A stretch of DNA of 64,000 nucleotides from Planctomycetota bacterium (GCA_965222115.1 CBDCTJ010000007.1:2592001-2656000), one strand, 5' to 3'. Counted from the stretch's first letter, positions 47,115-58,499 are shown. The notes: generated from the sequence alone by a model not told the origin. Numbers and translations: made by a program.

Positions 47115-48674
47115 TTACGCCTTCGGAGCACTCAGTGGCTTTAGGCCAGCGGCGGCCAGAAACGTTCCATCCGCAATGGCGGCTTTCACCTTCGCGAGCG
47201 AATCCTTCCAGAGTCGGTCCTTTGCACGGAAGGGGATAAGCGTGCGAACGGCATCCACCACGGCTTGGACACGCTTGGAAGGAGACTGCGCACGCAGTTC
47301 GATCGCTTGCGCGGCTGCCATGATTTCGATGGCGAGGATCCCACGCACGAGTTCCGCCACATCGAGGCAGCGCCGCGCCGCGATGGGCGCCATGCTCACG
47401 TGATCCTCGATGTTGGCGCCGGTCGGGATCGAGTCGGCCGTCGCCGGCACACAGAGTCCTTTGCTTTCGGAGGCAAGTGCGGCGGCAACATACTGCGGAA
47501 TCATGTAGCCGGAGTGCAGACCCTTTTCCGGAGTGAGGTACGGAGGCAATCCCTCGTTCATATGCGCGTCAACCAGCGTAGCCGTACGTCGCTCGCTTAT
47601 GCTGCCCAACTCATGCGTGCACAAGCGTAGGTGATCGGCGGCGAGGCCAAGCGCTTCACCATGAAAGTTGCCACCCGAGAGTATGTCTTCGCCGAACACG
47701 AGTGGGTTGTCGGTTGTGGCATTGATTTCACGCGCGAATACGCCGGCTGCAAAGGTGAGCCCCTCGGCTGCGGCGCCATGCACCTGCGGCGCACATCGAA
47801 TGCCATAAGCATCTTGCGGCGAAATGCGTTTACCGGGAATGGCATCCGACGGAGCGTCGATGAGTTTGCTGCCGCGCAGCAGCTTACGGATGCGCGCCGC
47901 ACTTGCTTGTTGACCGACGTGGTGGCGTGCTGCGTGCAAGCGGTCGTCAAACGCTTCCGAACGGCCTGCGAGTGCTTCGGCTGTCATTGCGGCCGCAACA
48001 TCCGCCATTGTTGACAGCGTCGCGGCTTCACGCCAAGCGCGCAACGCAATCGAAAGCGTGATCTGCATGCCGTTGACGAGTGCCAGACCTTCTTTCGCCG
48101 CCAACCGAACGGGTGAAATTCCGGCCTTTCGTAGCGCGGCTGTGGCCGTCATGCGCCTTCTACGCACATGCACATGGCCCCTGCCAATCATGGGCAACGC
48201 GAGATAGGAAAGTGGCGCCAAGTCGCCACTCGCGCCAACGCTCCCACGCGAGGGGACCTCCGCAAGGATGTCGTTCTCGTAGATTGCGATCATCGTGTCG
48301 AGCGTTGAACGGCGAATACCGGAATGGCCCTGCGCGAGGGCGTGAATGCGTAGGAAAAGCGCGAGTCGCACCGTCTCATCGGAGAGCAACGGCCCATCGC
48401 CCATGGCGTGACTCTGAATAAGATTGTGCTGCAACGTCGTGACTTCGTCCGCCGAGATCGCCATGTCCGCGTTGCTGCCAAAGCCCGTGGTGACCCCGTA
48501 GACCCATTCCTTGTCTTTCACGGCCCGTGCAATGCGAGCCGCAGACGCGCGGATGCGAGCGGCGGCCCCCGATGCCAGTTTCAGAGTAACGCCGTGTTGC
48601 GCCGCATCCATCACTGCGTCGATGTCGAGCCTGCCGCCCACGGCTCGGATCGACGAAGTTTTCGAGTTGCTCAT
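47115..48674 (-). CDS. hutH: Histidine ammonia-lyase
   Basis: YGVTTGFG, LIQSHA, MIO motif GASGDLAPL, KEGLALVNG, QDAYGIRC.PQVHG, TDNP, GGNFHG, EDHVSM. Confidence 0.93.
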   Translation of the reverse strand: MSNSKTSSIRAVGGRLDIDAVMDAAQHGVTLKLASGAAARIRASAARIARAVKDKEWVYGVTTGFGSNADMAISADEVTTLQHNLIQSHAMGDGPLLSDETVRLALFLRIHALAQGHSGIRRSTLDTMIAIYENDILAEVPSRGSVGASGDLAPLSYLALPMIGRGHVHVRRRRMTATAALRKAGISPVRLAAKEGLALVNGMQITLSIALRAWREAATLSTMADVAAAMTAEALAGRSEAFDDRLHAARHHVGQQASAARIRKLLRGSKLIDAPSDAIPGKRISPQDAYGIRCAPQVHGAAAEGLTFAAGVFAREINATTDNPLVFGEDILSGGNFHGEALGLAADHLRLCTHELGSISERRTATLVDAHMNEGLPPYLTPEKGLHSGYMIPQYVAAALASESKGLCVPATADSIPTGANIEDHVSMAPIAARRCLDVAELVRGILAIEIMAAAQAIELRAQSPSKRVQAVVDAVRTLIPFRAKDRLWKDSLAKVKAAIADGTFLAAAGLKPLSAPKA

Positions 48675-48714
48675 GGGGACCTGATCTCCGAGTCCAAGAT
48701 GGTCGCCCTACACG

Positions 48715-50805
48715 CTACTCGTCGGGACCTGGATCACCATCAATGAGCCGCACCAGTTCGTTCTCGAACCACTCACTGTTTACACGGCCTCGTACGCGTA
48801 CCGATTCAACAGTAATGTCGCCGCCGCTGGTAAAGAATCCAATGCGCGCGGGACCCATCGTGCTGTCGTTGTCGCCTTTCACGGTGCCCTTCACCGAGGC
48901 TTTGTCGGTCTTGCCCTGAAAACTCGCCGTGCATTGGTGCTTCTTGCGCGCAAAGCGAATGGTTACGCGGTCACCGTGCTTGATGGATACTTTGGATGCC
49001 GCGTCGAGTTTGATGAATCCGTGTGCGTCGGCGTCGGCATCGGCCCACACGCCTTGGCCGATGTACCAAAGAACATGGCCGGGCTCCTTGCGGGACGCCG
49101 CGCCCTTCTTCAGTTGAAAGTCCTTATTGTTAATATTGAACAACACGGCGCGATAGCTTGTGCTGTTCTCTAGCGCCATGGCGCCGAAGTCTGTCGCCGT
49201 TTCGGCCCGAATCGTTGCTTCCACAATGACGTCGGGATCAAACACGACGTTTAAGAAGAGTCCGGTCGCACCGCGCAATCGCATGCCGTTCTTTACGTGA
49301 CCGCCTTTGAGAGCGAGGTGGCTTGCAAACGGCTGCTCTAGACGCCAGTCCGATTCGGCCAACGCCTTGTCGGCCATGTTGTACGTGACGTCGATGGTGG
49401 GATCTTTTGCCTTGGACGGGGCCCGAAGCAACCCGGTTGAACCCATGAGTCCGGCACGTGCGGCCTTTTCCCCATTTCGAATTTGGAAGCCGTGCATTTT
49501 TACAGTTTCCGACTGAGCATATTTCTTGAGTAGTGATGTGTAACTTTCCAACGCGATGTCGTAGTGGCCTGCCAATAGTTGGAGGCGTGCTCTGCGCCAC
49601 GCGGCCCGAACTTGATCTTCGCGACTCGTACCGGGATTGGCCGCGTTGGGCGTCGGCTTATCGGGATCGGTCGTGCCGGGCGAAGGCTCCTTCGGCGGTC
49701 GTGGTCGATCTGGCGTGCGCGTCGGCGGTGTGTCTTTGGGCGGCACACGTGGGGACTCGGCCTCTTTGGTCACCACGCGCAACGAGGCGCGTTCCAGCAG
49801 GGGTAGAAGTGTTGCATGCAGATCCGGCGGCAACTGCAGCCCAGCGGCAAGCAGCAGTTGATAGGCCTGTCGCGGCGAGCGCACAATCATGGATGCTGCC
49901 CGTGAGCGCACGTCGTCGGCATAGCGTTTCGCTTCTTGCTCCACTTCGGAGAGCAGATCATCAACGCCGACAGCGGCTTCGCTTGCGCCATGGGCCTCTT
50001 GAAAACGGTGAATGGCCTCCAAGCTCTCTCGATATTGTCGAAGTGCGCGCAACGACTCGACTTGCTGATTCAATTCGCGACGGGTCGCCTTCGCGAGCGC
50101 CGAATTTGCGGTGCGCATACGGTCAATTACGGCATCTGCGTATCGACTTTCTGGGTGTAGCTCCAGATACGAGGTCGCGGCTCGAAGTATCTGCCCTGGA
50201 TCGTTCCGTTGGCGATCGGCAAGTTGCACGAAGCGTTTGTATTCCCGGTACGCTGATGTTTCCTTGGGTGCGGCACTCGCGTGCTCGTCGAGCGCAATGT
50301 CGTAGGACTTGGTCTTCTTGGCATCACCTAGTGTGAGTGCAAAGTTGAGTGCCTTGACCGTCGCAAACAAAATCAGTCCTGCGCCCACGAGTTTGAGTGC
50401 AGTAGCAATTCCTCGACTGGGTGCGGGCGCGTTGCGTTCTTCCGTCGGGCGCGTGAGCCGCTGCGCCGCTTCGCGAGGTGGTGGGGGCGGCGCAGATTTC
50501 TTCGTTGTTGCGTCGGACTGCGTGCGAAAAAGTGCCGTCTTTCCAGCTAGCCGAATGCGATCACCATCCTCGAGACGTTTGCCGTCTGTTGTCTCCCCAT
50601 TCACCTCGGGCTGCGGCGCATCGGGTAGAGGTCGAACCCAGAATCCGTCGGGCTTGCGCGTGAGTGCGACAAGCGCTTCGGGGAACGGCGTGTCCTGCGC
50701 GCGAAGTCCGTCCCGGGCGCCGGGGCCCACAAAAACGCTGTCCTCGAGCACGTCGTACTCAAGAAGCCCGAGGGGGGACGGCAACAGCAGTTGCGCGTGG
50801 CGCAA
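48715..50805 (-). CDS. Membrane protein with degenerate FHA-like N-domain, helical region and beta-rich C-domain
   Basis: VNG.....L.DGDRI.L FHA tail, one TM helix, Pro-rich linkers; AAGGAG RBS before TTG. Confidence 0.6.
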   Translation of the reverse strand: MRHAQLLLPSPLGLLEYDVLEDSVFVGPGARDGLRAQDTPFPEALVALTRKPDGFWVRPLPDAPQPEVNGETTDGKRLEDGDRIRLAGKTALFRTQSDATTKKSAPPPPPREAAQRLTRPTEERNAPAPSRGIATALKLVGAGLILFATVKALNFALTLGDAKKTKSYDIALDEHASAAPKETSAYREYKRFVQLADRQRNDPGQILRAATSYLELHPESRYADAVIDRMRTANSALAKATRRELNQQVESLRALRQYRESLEAIHRFQEAHGASEAAVGVDDLLSEVEQEAKRYADDVRSRAASMIVRSPRQAYQLLLAAGLQLPPDLHATLLPLLERASLRVVTKEAESPRVPPKDTPPTRTPDRPRPPKEPSPGTTDPDKPTPNAANPGTSREDQVRAAWRRARLQLLAGHYDIALESYTSLLKKYAQSETVKMHGFQIRNGEKAARAGLMGSTGLLRAPSKAKDPTIDVTYNMADKALAESDWRLEQPFASHLALKGGHVKNGMRLRGATGLFLNVVFDPDVIVEATIRAETATDFGAMALENSTSYRAVLFNINNKDFQLKKGAASRKEPGHVLWYIGQGVWADADADAHGFIKLDAASKVSIKHGDRVTIRFARKKHQCTASFQGKTDKASVKGTVKGDNDSTMGPARIGFFTSGGDITVESVRVRGRVNSEWFENELVRLIDGDPGPDE

Positions 50806-50909
50806 AGTTGGTCTCCTTGGTTGGTGTTGGGGGCACGAGCGTCGCGGCTCGCGGTATCCTGCGACGGGTGCAGGCTGCGTAGTCTAGTGCGCGAACTCGG
50901 TAGTTTAGA

Positions 50910-51119
50910 ATGACGAACACGAACCAAAGCGAACCGGCCTCAGCGACCGACCTCGAAGGCGTCGAAAGGCCCCATTCTTCGCTTGCGACCTGGCTCCTGT
51001 GGGGCTGGGCGTTGCTCGTTCTCGCTTGCTTGGCCGCCGTACTCATCCCCTGGGACGACCTCGCTCTGGCGCTCAATCTACGTTCGCTCATGCGATTGGA
51101 CGTGGGTGGCGTCCGATAG
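50910..51119 (+). CDS. Small membrane protein
   Basis: 69 aa, single hydrophobic helix, 10 nt upstream of dut. Confidence 0.45.
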   Translation: MTNTNQSEPASATDLEGVERPHSSLATWLLWGWALLVLACLAAVLIPWDDLALALNLRSLMRLDVGGVR

Positions 51120-51129
51120 GCTTTTCAGC

Positions 51130-51600
51130 ATGACCCAGCAGCTCTCTCTCGACGTTGTTGTCCTGCCGCACGGCGAGGACTTGCCGCTACCGCAATACGA
51201 GACGGGCGGAGCGGCGGGTATGGACCTCATGGCGGCGATCGATGGACCCATCACGCTGTCGCCGGGCGAGCGCACGCTTGTGCCGACCGGTTTGTGCGTT
51301 GACATTCCACCGGGATTTGAGGGACAGGTTCGGTCGCGCAGTGGCCTGTCACTCAAGCACGGCATTGTCTGTCCAAATAGCCCGGGTACCGTGGATTCGG
51401 ACTATCGCGGAGAATTGCGAGCCATTGTGGCCAACCTGGGGAGCGAGCCGTTCGTCATTGAACGAGGTATGCGCATCGCACAGTTCGTGTTGAGCCCAGT
51501 GGTTCAGGCGGCCTGGCATCGCGTGGACGTGCTCGAGGAAACGGCGCGCGGTAGTGGCGGATTTGGCTCCACAGGCGTGGAAGCGAGCGCGCGCGTTTGA
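51130..51600 (+). CDS. dut: dUTP diphosphatase
   Basis: [43 protein letters not shown]. Confidence 0.96.
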   Translation: MTQQLSLDVVVLPHGEDLPLPQYETGGAAGMDLMAAIDGPITLSPGERTLVPTGLCVDIPPGFEGQVRSRSGLSLKHGIVCPNSPGTVDSDYRGELRAIVANLGSEPFVIERGMRIAQFVLSPVVQAAWHRVDVLEETARGSGGFGSTGVEASARV

Positions 51601-51633
51601 CTTCTCCCTCGAGGGGCCTGAGAATCTGCCTCA

Positions 51634-53442
51634 ATGAGTGAACCCATTCTGCATATCAAGGGTCTTCGGACCTATTTTCACACCGAAGACAAGGTCGTCC
51701 GTGCCGTCGATCTCAAGCCCGAGAACGAGATTCTCATTCGTCCGGGCCAGACGCTCGGCGTGGTGGGGGAAAGTGGCTCGGGAAAGTCGGTGACCGCCCT
51801 CTCCGTGATGCAGTTGCTGCCGCCCGAGACGGCGGTCATTGAAGGCGGCGACATCTCCTTCCTTGGCAAGGACATCGTTCGCTTACCGCGCGACGAAATG
51901 CGCCGGCATCGCGGCAAAGACATCGGCATGATCTTCCAGGAGCCCATGACGTCATTGAACCCGGTCTTCCGGGTAGGGGATCAAGTCATGGAGCCCATCA
52001 TGCTCCATGAAAAGGTTGGGCGCGAAGAGGCCCGCGAGCGCGTGCTGCAGCTCTTCCGCGAGGTGGACATTCCCGATCCTGAACGGCGTATTGATAGCTA
52101 TCCCCACGAAATGTCGGGTGGCCAGAAGCAGCGCGTCATGATCGCCATGGCACTTTCCTGCAATCCCAAACTGTTGATCGCCGACGAGCCCACCACCGCG
52201 CTCGATGTGACCATTCAAAAGCAGATCTTGGATCTCTTACGCCAGCTTCGCGACGAGCGCGGCATGGCGATTCTCTTCATTACGCACGACTTGGGTGTGA
52301 TTGCGGAAATCGCTGACGACGTGGCCGTCATGTTCCAGGGACATTTGGTCGAGTTTGGCGACGTGCTTGAGATCTTTGAGAATCCCAAGCATCCCTACAC
52401 GCGCAGCCTGCTTGCCTGTCGCCCCACGCTCGACACGAAGTATCGTCGGCTGCCCACAACGTCCACGTTCATGGATTGGCACATCAACGACGAACATCAA
52501 CTGGTCATCAACGAGAAACCCGTATCGGCCGAAGCGCTCAAGCGCCTTGAGACCACAGGTCGCGATCGATTGACCGATCCGGAGGGAGATCCACTTCTGG
52601 AAGTGGACGACCTCAAAGTCCACTTCCCCATTCGCAAAGGTGTTCTTGGGCGCGTAGCCGATTACGTCAAAGCCGTGGATGGCATCTCGTTCAATGTATG
52701 GCCGGGGCAAACGTTGGGCCTCGTCGGCGAGTCCGGCTGCGGAAAGACCACAGCAGGACGTGCGATTCTTCGTTTGATTGAAAACAAGGGCGGTGTGAAG
52801 GTCGAGGGCACGGTCAAATATGAGGGACGCAATCTCGACGACATTCCTCGCAGCGAGTTTCGCGCCCTGCGTCGCAAGATGCAGATCATCTTCCAGGACC
52901 CCTATTCCTCGCTCAACCCGCGCATGACCGTGGCCGACATGATCGCCGAGCCCATGGAAGTACATAAGCTCTACGCCACCAAACGCGAGCGCACCGATCG
53001 TGTGGTTCAGCTACTGGAAGAAGTGAGCCTCAAGGCCGAGCACATGAACCGTTACCCGCACGAGTTCTCAGGCGGTCAGCGACAACGCATCTCGATTGCC
53101 CGCGCGCTCGCGCTCGAACCATCCTTTATTGTGTGCGACGAATCGGTGTCGGCACTCGACGTTTCGGTACAGGCACAGGTACTGAACATCTTGAAGGACT
53201 TGCAGGAGAAGCTGGGCCTTACCTACATCTTCATTAGCCACGACCTATCCGTGGTGAAGTTCATGTCCGACATCATGGCCGTCATGAAGGCGGGCAAGAT
53301 CGTGGAAATGGGTGACGCCGAAGACATCTACGCCAACCCGCGTGAAGACTATACACGACGTCTGATCGACGCGATTCCTCGCGATGACCTCGACTTCTTA
53401 CGCAAGCGTCGTGAAATGCGGCGAGCTGCAGGCGTTACTTAG
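51634..53442 (+). CDS. Peptide/nickel ABC transporter ATP-binding protein, fused duplicated NBDs (DppD/F-like)
   Basis: Two GESG.GK(S/T), IFQ(E/D)P..SLNP, YPHE.SGGQ.QR, DE..ALDV. Confidence 0.93.
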   Translation: MSEPILHIKGLRTYFHTEDKVVRAVDLKPENEILIRPGQTLGVVGESGSGKSVTALSVMQLLPPETAVIEGGDISFLGKDIVRLPRDEMRRHRGKDIGMIFQEPMTSLNPVFRVGDQVMEPIMLHEKVGREEARERVLQLFREVDIPDPERRIDSYPHEMSGGQKQRVMIAMALSCNPKLLIADEPTTALDVTIQKQILDLLRQLRDERGMAILFITHDLGVIAEIADDVAVMFQGHLVEFGDVLEIFENPKHPYTRSLLACRPTLDTKYRRLPTTSTFMDWHINDEHQLVINEKPVSAEALKRLETTGRDRLTDPEGDPLLEVDDLKVHFPIRKGVLGRVADYVKAVDGISFNVWPGQTLGLVGESGCGKTTAGRAILRLIENKGGVKVEGTVKYEGRNLDDIPRSEFRALRRKMQIIFQDPYSSLNPRMTVADMIAEPMEVHKLYATKRERTDRVVQLLEEVSLKAEHMNRYPHEFSGGQRQRISIARALALEPSFIVCDESVSALDVSVQAQVLNILKDLQEKLGLTYIFISHDLSVVKFMSDIMAVMKAGKIVEMGDAEDIYANPREDYTRRLIDAIPRDDLDFLRKRREMRRAAGVT

Positions 53443-53447
53443 GCCGG

Positions 53448-53708
53448 CTAGTCTTTTCCGCCCAAGAACTGAACGACGGCAAGCAAGACCACGGCACCGC
53501 CAGTTGCTGTAATGAGCGAGTTGAGCGTTTCATTGTCCGTGAGCGTGAGCCCGAGCTTGGGAACCAGAATGCCGCCAATCACGCCGCCAATCAATCCAAG
53601 GATCGCGTAGCGAATCAGGCCGCCCTTGCCACCCAAGAGCACGGAGGCCGCCCAGCCTGCGACGATTCCCATGAGAACCGGGACGACGTATGGGCCCAAA
53701 TCTTCCAT
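53448..53708 (-). CDS. GlsB/YeaQ/YmgE (transglycosylase-associated) small membrane protein
   Basis: G.VAGW.A...GG...ILG.IGG.IGG...A..GA.VLL. Confidence 0.85.
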   Translation of the reverse strand: MEDLGPYVVPVLMGIVAGWAASVLLGGKGGLIRYAILGLIGGVIGGILVPKLGLTLTDNETLNSLITATGGAVVLLAVVQFLGGKD

Positions 53709-53850
53709 GGCACTATCTCCGATTGGCGCTGCGCGTCTCGCCCGCCGTGACAGCGGGCATCGTGATTCGAACTGCTGGCGGCGTCAATGGAATAGTCGTG
53801 CCTTTACCGCGAACTGGGCATTGTCTGCCATTGATCGGTACGCTGGTCCC

Positions 53851-54831
53851 ATGACCGAATCCAAGATGAGTGACATTTTAAGTGTCGATCTGCTCCGCTA
53901 CGAGACGGGCAACGCCGCCCAGCGACGGGATGTGGTCGACGCCGTTACGAAGAGCCTGGAGACCGGGTTTGTCTACTGCGCCCACGACATGCCCGCCGAG
54001 GTCATCGATCGTGCCTACGAGTTGCTTGCCACTTTCTTTCATCTCGATCGCGACGTGAAACTCGGCTTCATGGTGCCGGGCTCTATGGGGCAGACTGGCT
54101 ACACGGGCCTACTCGTTGAGACGGCCGCCATCTCGGACACGCCGGATTGGAAGGAAATGTTGAACTGGGGCATCGAGCTGCCTGATGGGCATCCACTGGT
54201 GCGCAAGTTTCCGCATCGTTACATGAAACGCGGCTTTCCCGACGATGTGGTTCCTGGCATTGGCGATGCCCTTTCGTCACTTTACGACACGCTGCTCGAT
54301 CTACAGCGTCGCGTATTGCGCATCGTCGCTGAAGGTCTGGGTGTTCATGCGCACTACTTTGACGGCTGCCTTAAGGATGGCCCCACGCTTTGCCGCGCAC
54401 TTCGTTATCCGCCCATGGACGAGGCACCGGAGGGCGATCATGTGTGGTCGGAAGAGCACGCCGACATCAATCTCATTACGGCATTGCCCCGTGCAACGAC
54501 GAAGGGATTGCAAGTAAAGATTGGGGAAACGTGGGTAGACGCCGTACCGCCCGACGGACACGCCATCATCAACACGGGCATGATGTTGGAGCGCGTGAGT
54601 AACGGTCGCATTCCGTCCGGCATCCACCGCGTCGTTGCCGATCCAAGCCTGCGCGGCGAGCGCTATTCCGTTGTGCAATTCTGTCATCCAACGCCGTGGA
54701 CCATTCTTTCGCCCGTTCCTAGTTGCATTGATGCCAATCACCTGCAACAGCACCCGCCCATCCAGGCCGGGGACTGGCTCGATCAAGTGCTCTATGACAT
54801 TAATCTGCTCGAAGGCGCGCGACGCGCATGA
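53851..54831 (+). CDS. Isopenicillin N synthase-like 2OG-Fe(II) oxygenase
   Basis: GF.Y..H, GY, DWKE, LRYPP, HAD..LIT, GLQV, INTG.ML, HRV, RYS. Confidence 0.88.
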   Translation: MTESKMSDILSVDLLRYETGNAAQRRDVVDAVTKSLETGFVYCAHDMPAEVIDRAYELLATFFHLDRDVKLGFMVPGSMGQTGYTGLLVETAAISDTPDWKEMLNWGIELPDGHPLVRKFPHRYMKRGFPDDVVPGIGDALSSLYDTLLDLQRRVLRIVAEGLGVHAHYFDGCLKDGPTLCRALRYPPMDEAPEGDHVWSEEHADINLITALPRATTKGLQVKIGETWVDAVPPDGHAIINTGMMLERVSNGRIPSGIHRVVADPSLRGERYSVVQFCHPTPWTILSPVPSCIDANHLQQHPPIQAGDWLDQVLYDINLLEGARRA

Positions 54832-55826
54832 CGAAGGAGTATCGACAACTCACGTATCGCGGCCAAGTGCAACGCTTACGGGAACTAGGACAATCTGCAC
54901 TTTCGCGATTCGGCCTACCGCCGTCTGCACCGCTCAAACTCTGCAGTCACGGCGAGAACACCGTGTTTCAGACCCGTGACCGAAGGGGCAAACGATATGC
55001 CCTGCGCATTCACCGCGCCGACTATCAAACACCGAAAATGATCTCTTCAGAAATGCAATGGCTCGCCGCCCTAAGGCGCGACACGGATATCGTGGTGCCC
55101 AAACCGAGGAAGGGTCGTGACGGGCACTTCGTTCAGCGTGTAGATCACAATGGCGTTCCCGGAACTCGAAGTGTAGTACTTTTGGCGTGGGTACACGGTC
55201 GATTCCGAAGGCTCAGCAGGAATGCGAACTACTACCGCATGCTCGGCGAACTGGCCGGTCGCCTGCATTCGCATGCGCGCGTATGGAAGCGACCGCGCAC
55301 CTTCTCTCGCCGGTCGTGGACCACGGCTGTCTTGTTTGGCGAAGCGCCCGGCTTTGGCGACCCCATGCTCGCGCCACGCCTAAGCAATCGAGATCGAGAT
55401 CTCTTTCTCGTCGCCAAGAAACGAATGCGAGCAGATCTACGTCGATTGGGCAAGAACAGGGCTGTATGGGGCTTGATTCATGCCGACCTACACAGCGGCA
55501 ACGTCGTCATCGCGGACGATCGCGCACGACCTATTGACTTCGATGACTGCGGCGCAGGGTGGTATGGCTATGAGATCGCTGTAGCCCTCAGATCCGTTTT
55601 GGATGCCGGGTTCTGGGATCGCGTCGACTGGTTTCGTGAAGGGTATGAGCCACAAGCCGCGCTCGATGAGCGAACGATTGAAGCGTTGCCGTGCTTTTGT
55701 GCGCTGCGCATGCTGAGCATGGTGGGGTGGTTGACTGATCGCTCGGACAACCCGCGCTTGGCGACGCGACTGCCGAGTTGGATTGCGCTTACTCGTAAAC
55801 AGATTCGGATTTATCTGAATAGGTGA
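54828..55826 (+). CDS. Aminoglycoside-phosphotransferase/type II homoserine kinase family kinase
   Basis: GENTVF, LRIHR, LIHADLHSGN, IDFDDCG; overlaps the oxygenase stop (ATGA). Confidence 0.85.
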   Translation: MTKEYRQLTYRGQVQRLRELGQSALSRFGLPPSAPLKLCSHGENTVFQTRDRRGKRYALRIHRADYQTPKMISSEMQWLAALRRDTDIVVPKPRKGRDGHFVQRVDHNGVPGTRSVVLLAWVHGRFRRLSRNANYYRMLGELAGRLHSHARVWKRPRTFSRRSWTTAVLFGEAPGFGDPMLAPRLSNRDRDLFLVAKKRMRADLRRLGKNRAVWGLIHADLHSGNVVIADDRARPIDFDDCGAGWYGYEIAVALRSVLDAGFWDRVDWFREGYEPQAALDERTIEALPCFCALRMLSMVGWLTDRSDNPRLATRLPSWIALTRKQIRIYLNR

Positions 55827-55860
55827 GTTGGGCGTCTAGGCTCGTTGGACGTGGGTCTAT

Positions 55861-56066
55861 CTCACGCAGAGCCTCAGAGGTGCGAAGGCGCAGTGGGAAG
55901 TCCGCCCGATTCATCAATTGCCTAATATTGAGGCGGACCATTCCGTGCGCGCAGTTTTAGAATTCCAAGTATGAGCTTTTTCTTCAAGAACCGTTTCGCT
56001 ACCAGCGTCCCTCACTCGCAAGGCCGCGCCCCATAACGCGCCGCTCTCTGCGCCTCTGCGCGAAAT
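55861..56066. repeat. Imperfect inverted pair of CGCAGAG-type repeats
   Basis: CTCACGCAGAGCCTCAGAG at 55861 and CTCTGCGCCTCTGCGCGA at ~56046; the right arm also occurs at 7791-7808. Confidence 0.5.
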
Positions 56067-56124
56067 GAGGCGCGTGCGCCGACTAAGCAGGTGATCACAC
56101 TCCACGAAGATCGTGAATTCGATG

Positions 56125-56230
56125 CCGTGGCCGTGGACGTCGAGAGCAAATGGCTTTGCCATTTGCACGAGACCCTGAGTAAGCGCCAGCGGATCTTTGA
56201 TCCGCGCAGTGCGCATCGAAGGGTGGACGT
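56125..56230 (+). repeat. Family A copy 4 (core with ~2 hexamer units, no heptamer arm)
   Basis: GTGGCCGTGGACGTCGAGAGCAAATGGCTTTGCCATTTGCACGAGACCCTGAGTAAGCGCCAGCGGATCTTTGATCCGCGCAGTGCGCATCGAAGGGTGGACGT. Confidence 0.9.
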
Positions 56231-56308
56231 TTAGGAACCGCTGACACCGTCGATTGAAAGAACCGTCGCGAAGGGAATGCGAGATTGGCGGATGGCGCTC
56301 GTCCGGAA

Positions 56309-56346
56309 CCCTCACCCCCAACCCCTCTCCCAGAGCGAGAGGAGAG
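56309..56346 (+). repeat. CCCTCACCCC..CCCCTCTCCC..GAGAGG palindromic intergenic repeat
   Basis: Resembles a widespread REP-like intergenic motif recalled from other bacterial genomes; single copy here. Confidence 0.5.
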
Positions 56347-56444
56347 TTGGGACTTGCGGTGGGTGTGACCTGGATTTGCGCAGCAACCTGAGCAGTTACG
56401 GCCAAGGCTCTAACGAGACCTGTTTGGCGCGGTATGCTGGCCCC

Positions 56445-58499
56445 GTGAAGCGGGTACTCATACTTGTCGGAATCGCAGCTCTTGTTGCCGCGCTCTACGT
56501 TGGATGTCCGAGCGCAGGTAACGATGTCGAATCGAACGACGTTGTTTCCGCCAATGAGCCCCTGCAGCAACCGGAGAGCGACGCTCCGCTGTTGGTGGGG
56601 CATGGTGCCGAAGTCGATTCGGTAGACAAGAAGCCTCAAGACAAAGTCGGCCAGTCGACAATGCGGCACACGCTCCGTTTGCGTTTGGTGGGCGTTGAAG
56701 AAGGTGAGTCGGCACCGTTCTCAATTGCGCTCATCCACCCCCATGCGGGGAAGAACGAGGTCTTTCGCGTTATGGGCATGCAATTAAAGCCCTCGCTCGA
56801 GACGACGTCACGTCTTGTAGAGCCCGAGATTGACATTGCGGCAGTTGTGAGCGAGGGACCCGGGCGCATTCGCGTGGTCGTTAAGCATCCGAGGTACAGC
56901 ATCGGTGAGGCTGAGTTTGACCTAGCCGACCTGCGTTCATCAAAGCGCGTTGAGTCAATCGACCTTGATGTCCACCTTGCGAAGAGCTATTCAATCAACG
57001 TTCTGGTCCGCTCACCCGTGAATGACGAATCACAGCATGGTGGCGTCGTCGTCCATCGTGTCAATGAGCAAGGCGCAATCATTCAGAAGTTGGACGACTA
57101 CCGTAGCCCCGTAGGTGTCGATCGGAAGGTCGGCAGAATCTCAAAGGAAAAGACGTTTACGCTCCGCGTACCAAGCCCCGGTCGCTACGCGGTGTCCGCT
57201 GTCGTGGGTGCGTTTCCAATTCAAACGCGAGTGATCGACGTTGTTGATCGCGAAATTACGCTCGACCCCTTCGTTATTGCGCAAGGTCTGACGATACGAG
57301 GTCGTGTGATGGTCAAGGGGAAGCGCGCGGCATCCGCGGGTATATCTGCCACGTGCAAGGACTTCACGACGGCGGAATGGCCCCCGTCGTTCACTTTCGC
57401 GCATTCGCAATGGACGATTAGGGAGGGAAGGCCCGTACGCGCTTCTCACAGTACCGATACGAATGAGCATGGAGAATACGAGCTAATAGGACTTTCTGAC
57501 ACAGCGTATCTGGTGCGACTTTCGCTTGTTCAAGAGTGGGCCATCGACGAACGAATTCTCAATGAGCAGTGCATTGAAACCCCCCCGCGCGACGGCGTAG
57601 ATTTCTCGATTGAAGGCGCAACCGTCACTTTGAAGCTTCAACACGATGGAGAACCACCAAACAATGTACGCGTTGTATTTGTGCGGGCGCCGATTGACGA
57701 TTCCGAGTCCGGGCATCCGCAGTTCAGTAGGTATGCAGATGATGCGGGGACGGGAATCTTCCTTGTGTGCCCCGGCGTGGATTACACAGTAGTCGTTGTT
57801 GGCGATACGAGCGATGAGTTGATGCGGTTCAAGTTGGCACCTGTGGGAGTCGGCGAACATTTCGAGCGCGAAGTAGCGTTACCCAGCATTGAAGCCCGTG
57901 GCACCATTGTCGTTCGACCCACTACGGCGGATGGGGGCGCGCTCTCCTACGTCAGCGTTAGCGTCAATCCCGTGCGAAAAGACGGTCAACGATTCGGCGG
58001 AGTAGGGATTAGCACGAATCTTGAGAACGGCGCCGTAGCGATTGATGATCTAAAACCGACGGTATGGGACGTAAGCGTGTCAACCAAGCAGGGTGTCGAC
58101 TCGGGTGACGATAAGTTTTATCTAGCGGCTAGCAAACGCGTGAGACTCCCGCCTGGAAAGACTGTAGAGGTACCATTGACAATGGCGGTGGGCGGGCGGC
58201 TCGCGATGTCGGTAGTCAATGCCAAAGGAGCGCTCCTGCCGGCCAGCGTTGGTCTCATGCAGGAAGAGAGAAAGGGTCCGCCGCTCGTGTTTGTGAATCC
58301 TTCATCTGTGAATCGAATCTCTCGCGAGGAGCCACGTCACGGCCTTGCGCCCATCACGTCGGGCTTCCAATCCGAATCACTTCCGGTTGGCGAGTATTCG
58401 CTCGTCGTAGTTCACAAGGGATACAAGGAGAGGCGCGTTCCGATCGTCATCTCGCCGAAGAAGATCACACGAGTACGTGTTGTGCTCGAGGCGGAGTAA
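56445..58499 (+). CDS. Hypothetical exported protein with carboxypeptidase-regulatory-like beta-sandwich domains
   Basis: KR + hydrophobic helix + VGC; I.GRV...G...T...G.Y.L.GL, L..G.Y.L...H.GY modules; convergent with and abutting the iscS-like gene. Confidence 0.65.
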   Translation: MKRVLILVGIAALVAALYVGCPSAGNDVESNDVVSANEPLQQPESDAPLLVGHGAEVDSVDKKPQDKVGQSTMRHTLRLRLVGVEEGESAPFSIALIHPHAGKNEVFRVMGMQLKPSLETTSRLVEPEIDIAAVVSEGPGRIRVVVKHPRYSIGEAEFDLADLRSSKRVESIDLDVHLAKSYSINVLVRSPVNDESQHGGVVVHRVNEQGAIIQKLDDYRSPVGVDRKVGRISKEKTFTLRVPSPGRYAVSAVVGAFPIQTRVIDVVDREITLDPFVIAQGLTIRGRVMVKGKRAASAGISATCKDFTTAEWPPSFTFAHSQWTIREGRPVRASHSTDTNEHGEYELIGLSDTAYLVRLSLVQEWAIDERILNEQCIETPPRDGVDFSIEGATVTLKLQHDGEPPNNVRVVFVRAPIDDSESGHPQFSRYADDAGTGIFLVCPGVDYTVVVVGDTSDELMRFKLAPVGVGEHFEREVALPSIEARGTIVVRPTTADGGALSYVSVSVNPVRKDGQRFGGVGISTNLENGAVAIDDLKPTVWDVSVSTKQGVDSGDDKFYLAASKRVRLPPGKTVEVPLTMAVGGRLAMSVVNAKGALLPASVGLMQEERKGPPLVFVNPSSVNRISREEPRHGLAPITSGFQSESLPVGEYSLVVVHKGYKERRVPIVISPKKITRVRVVLEAE

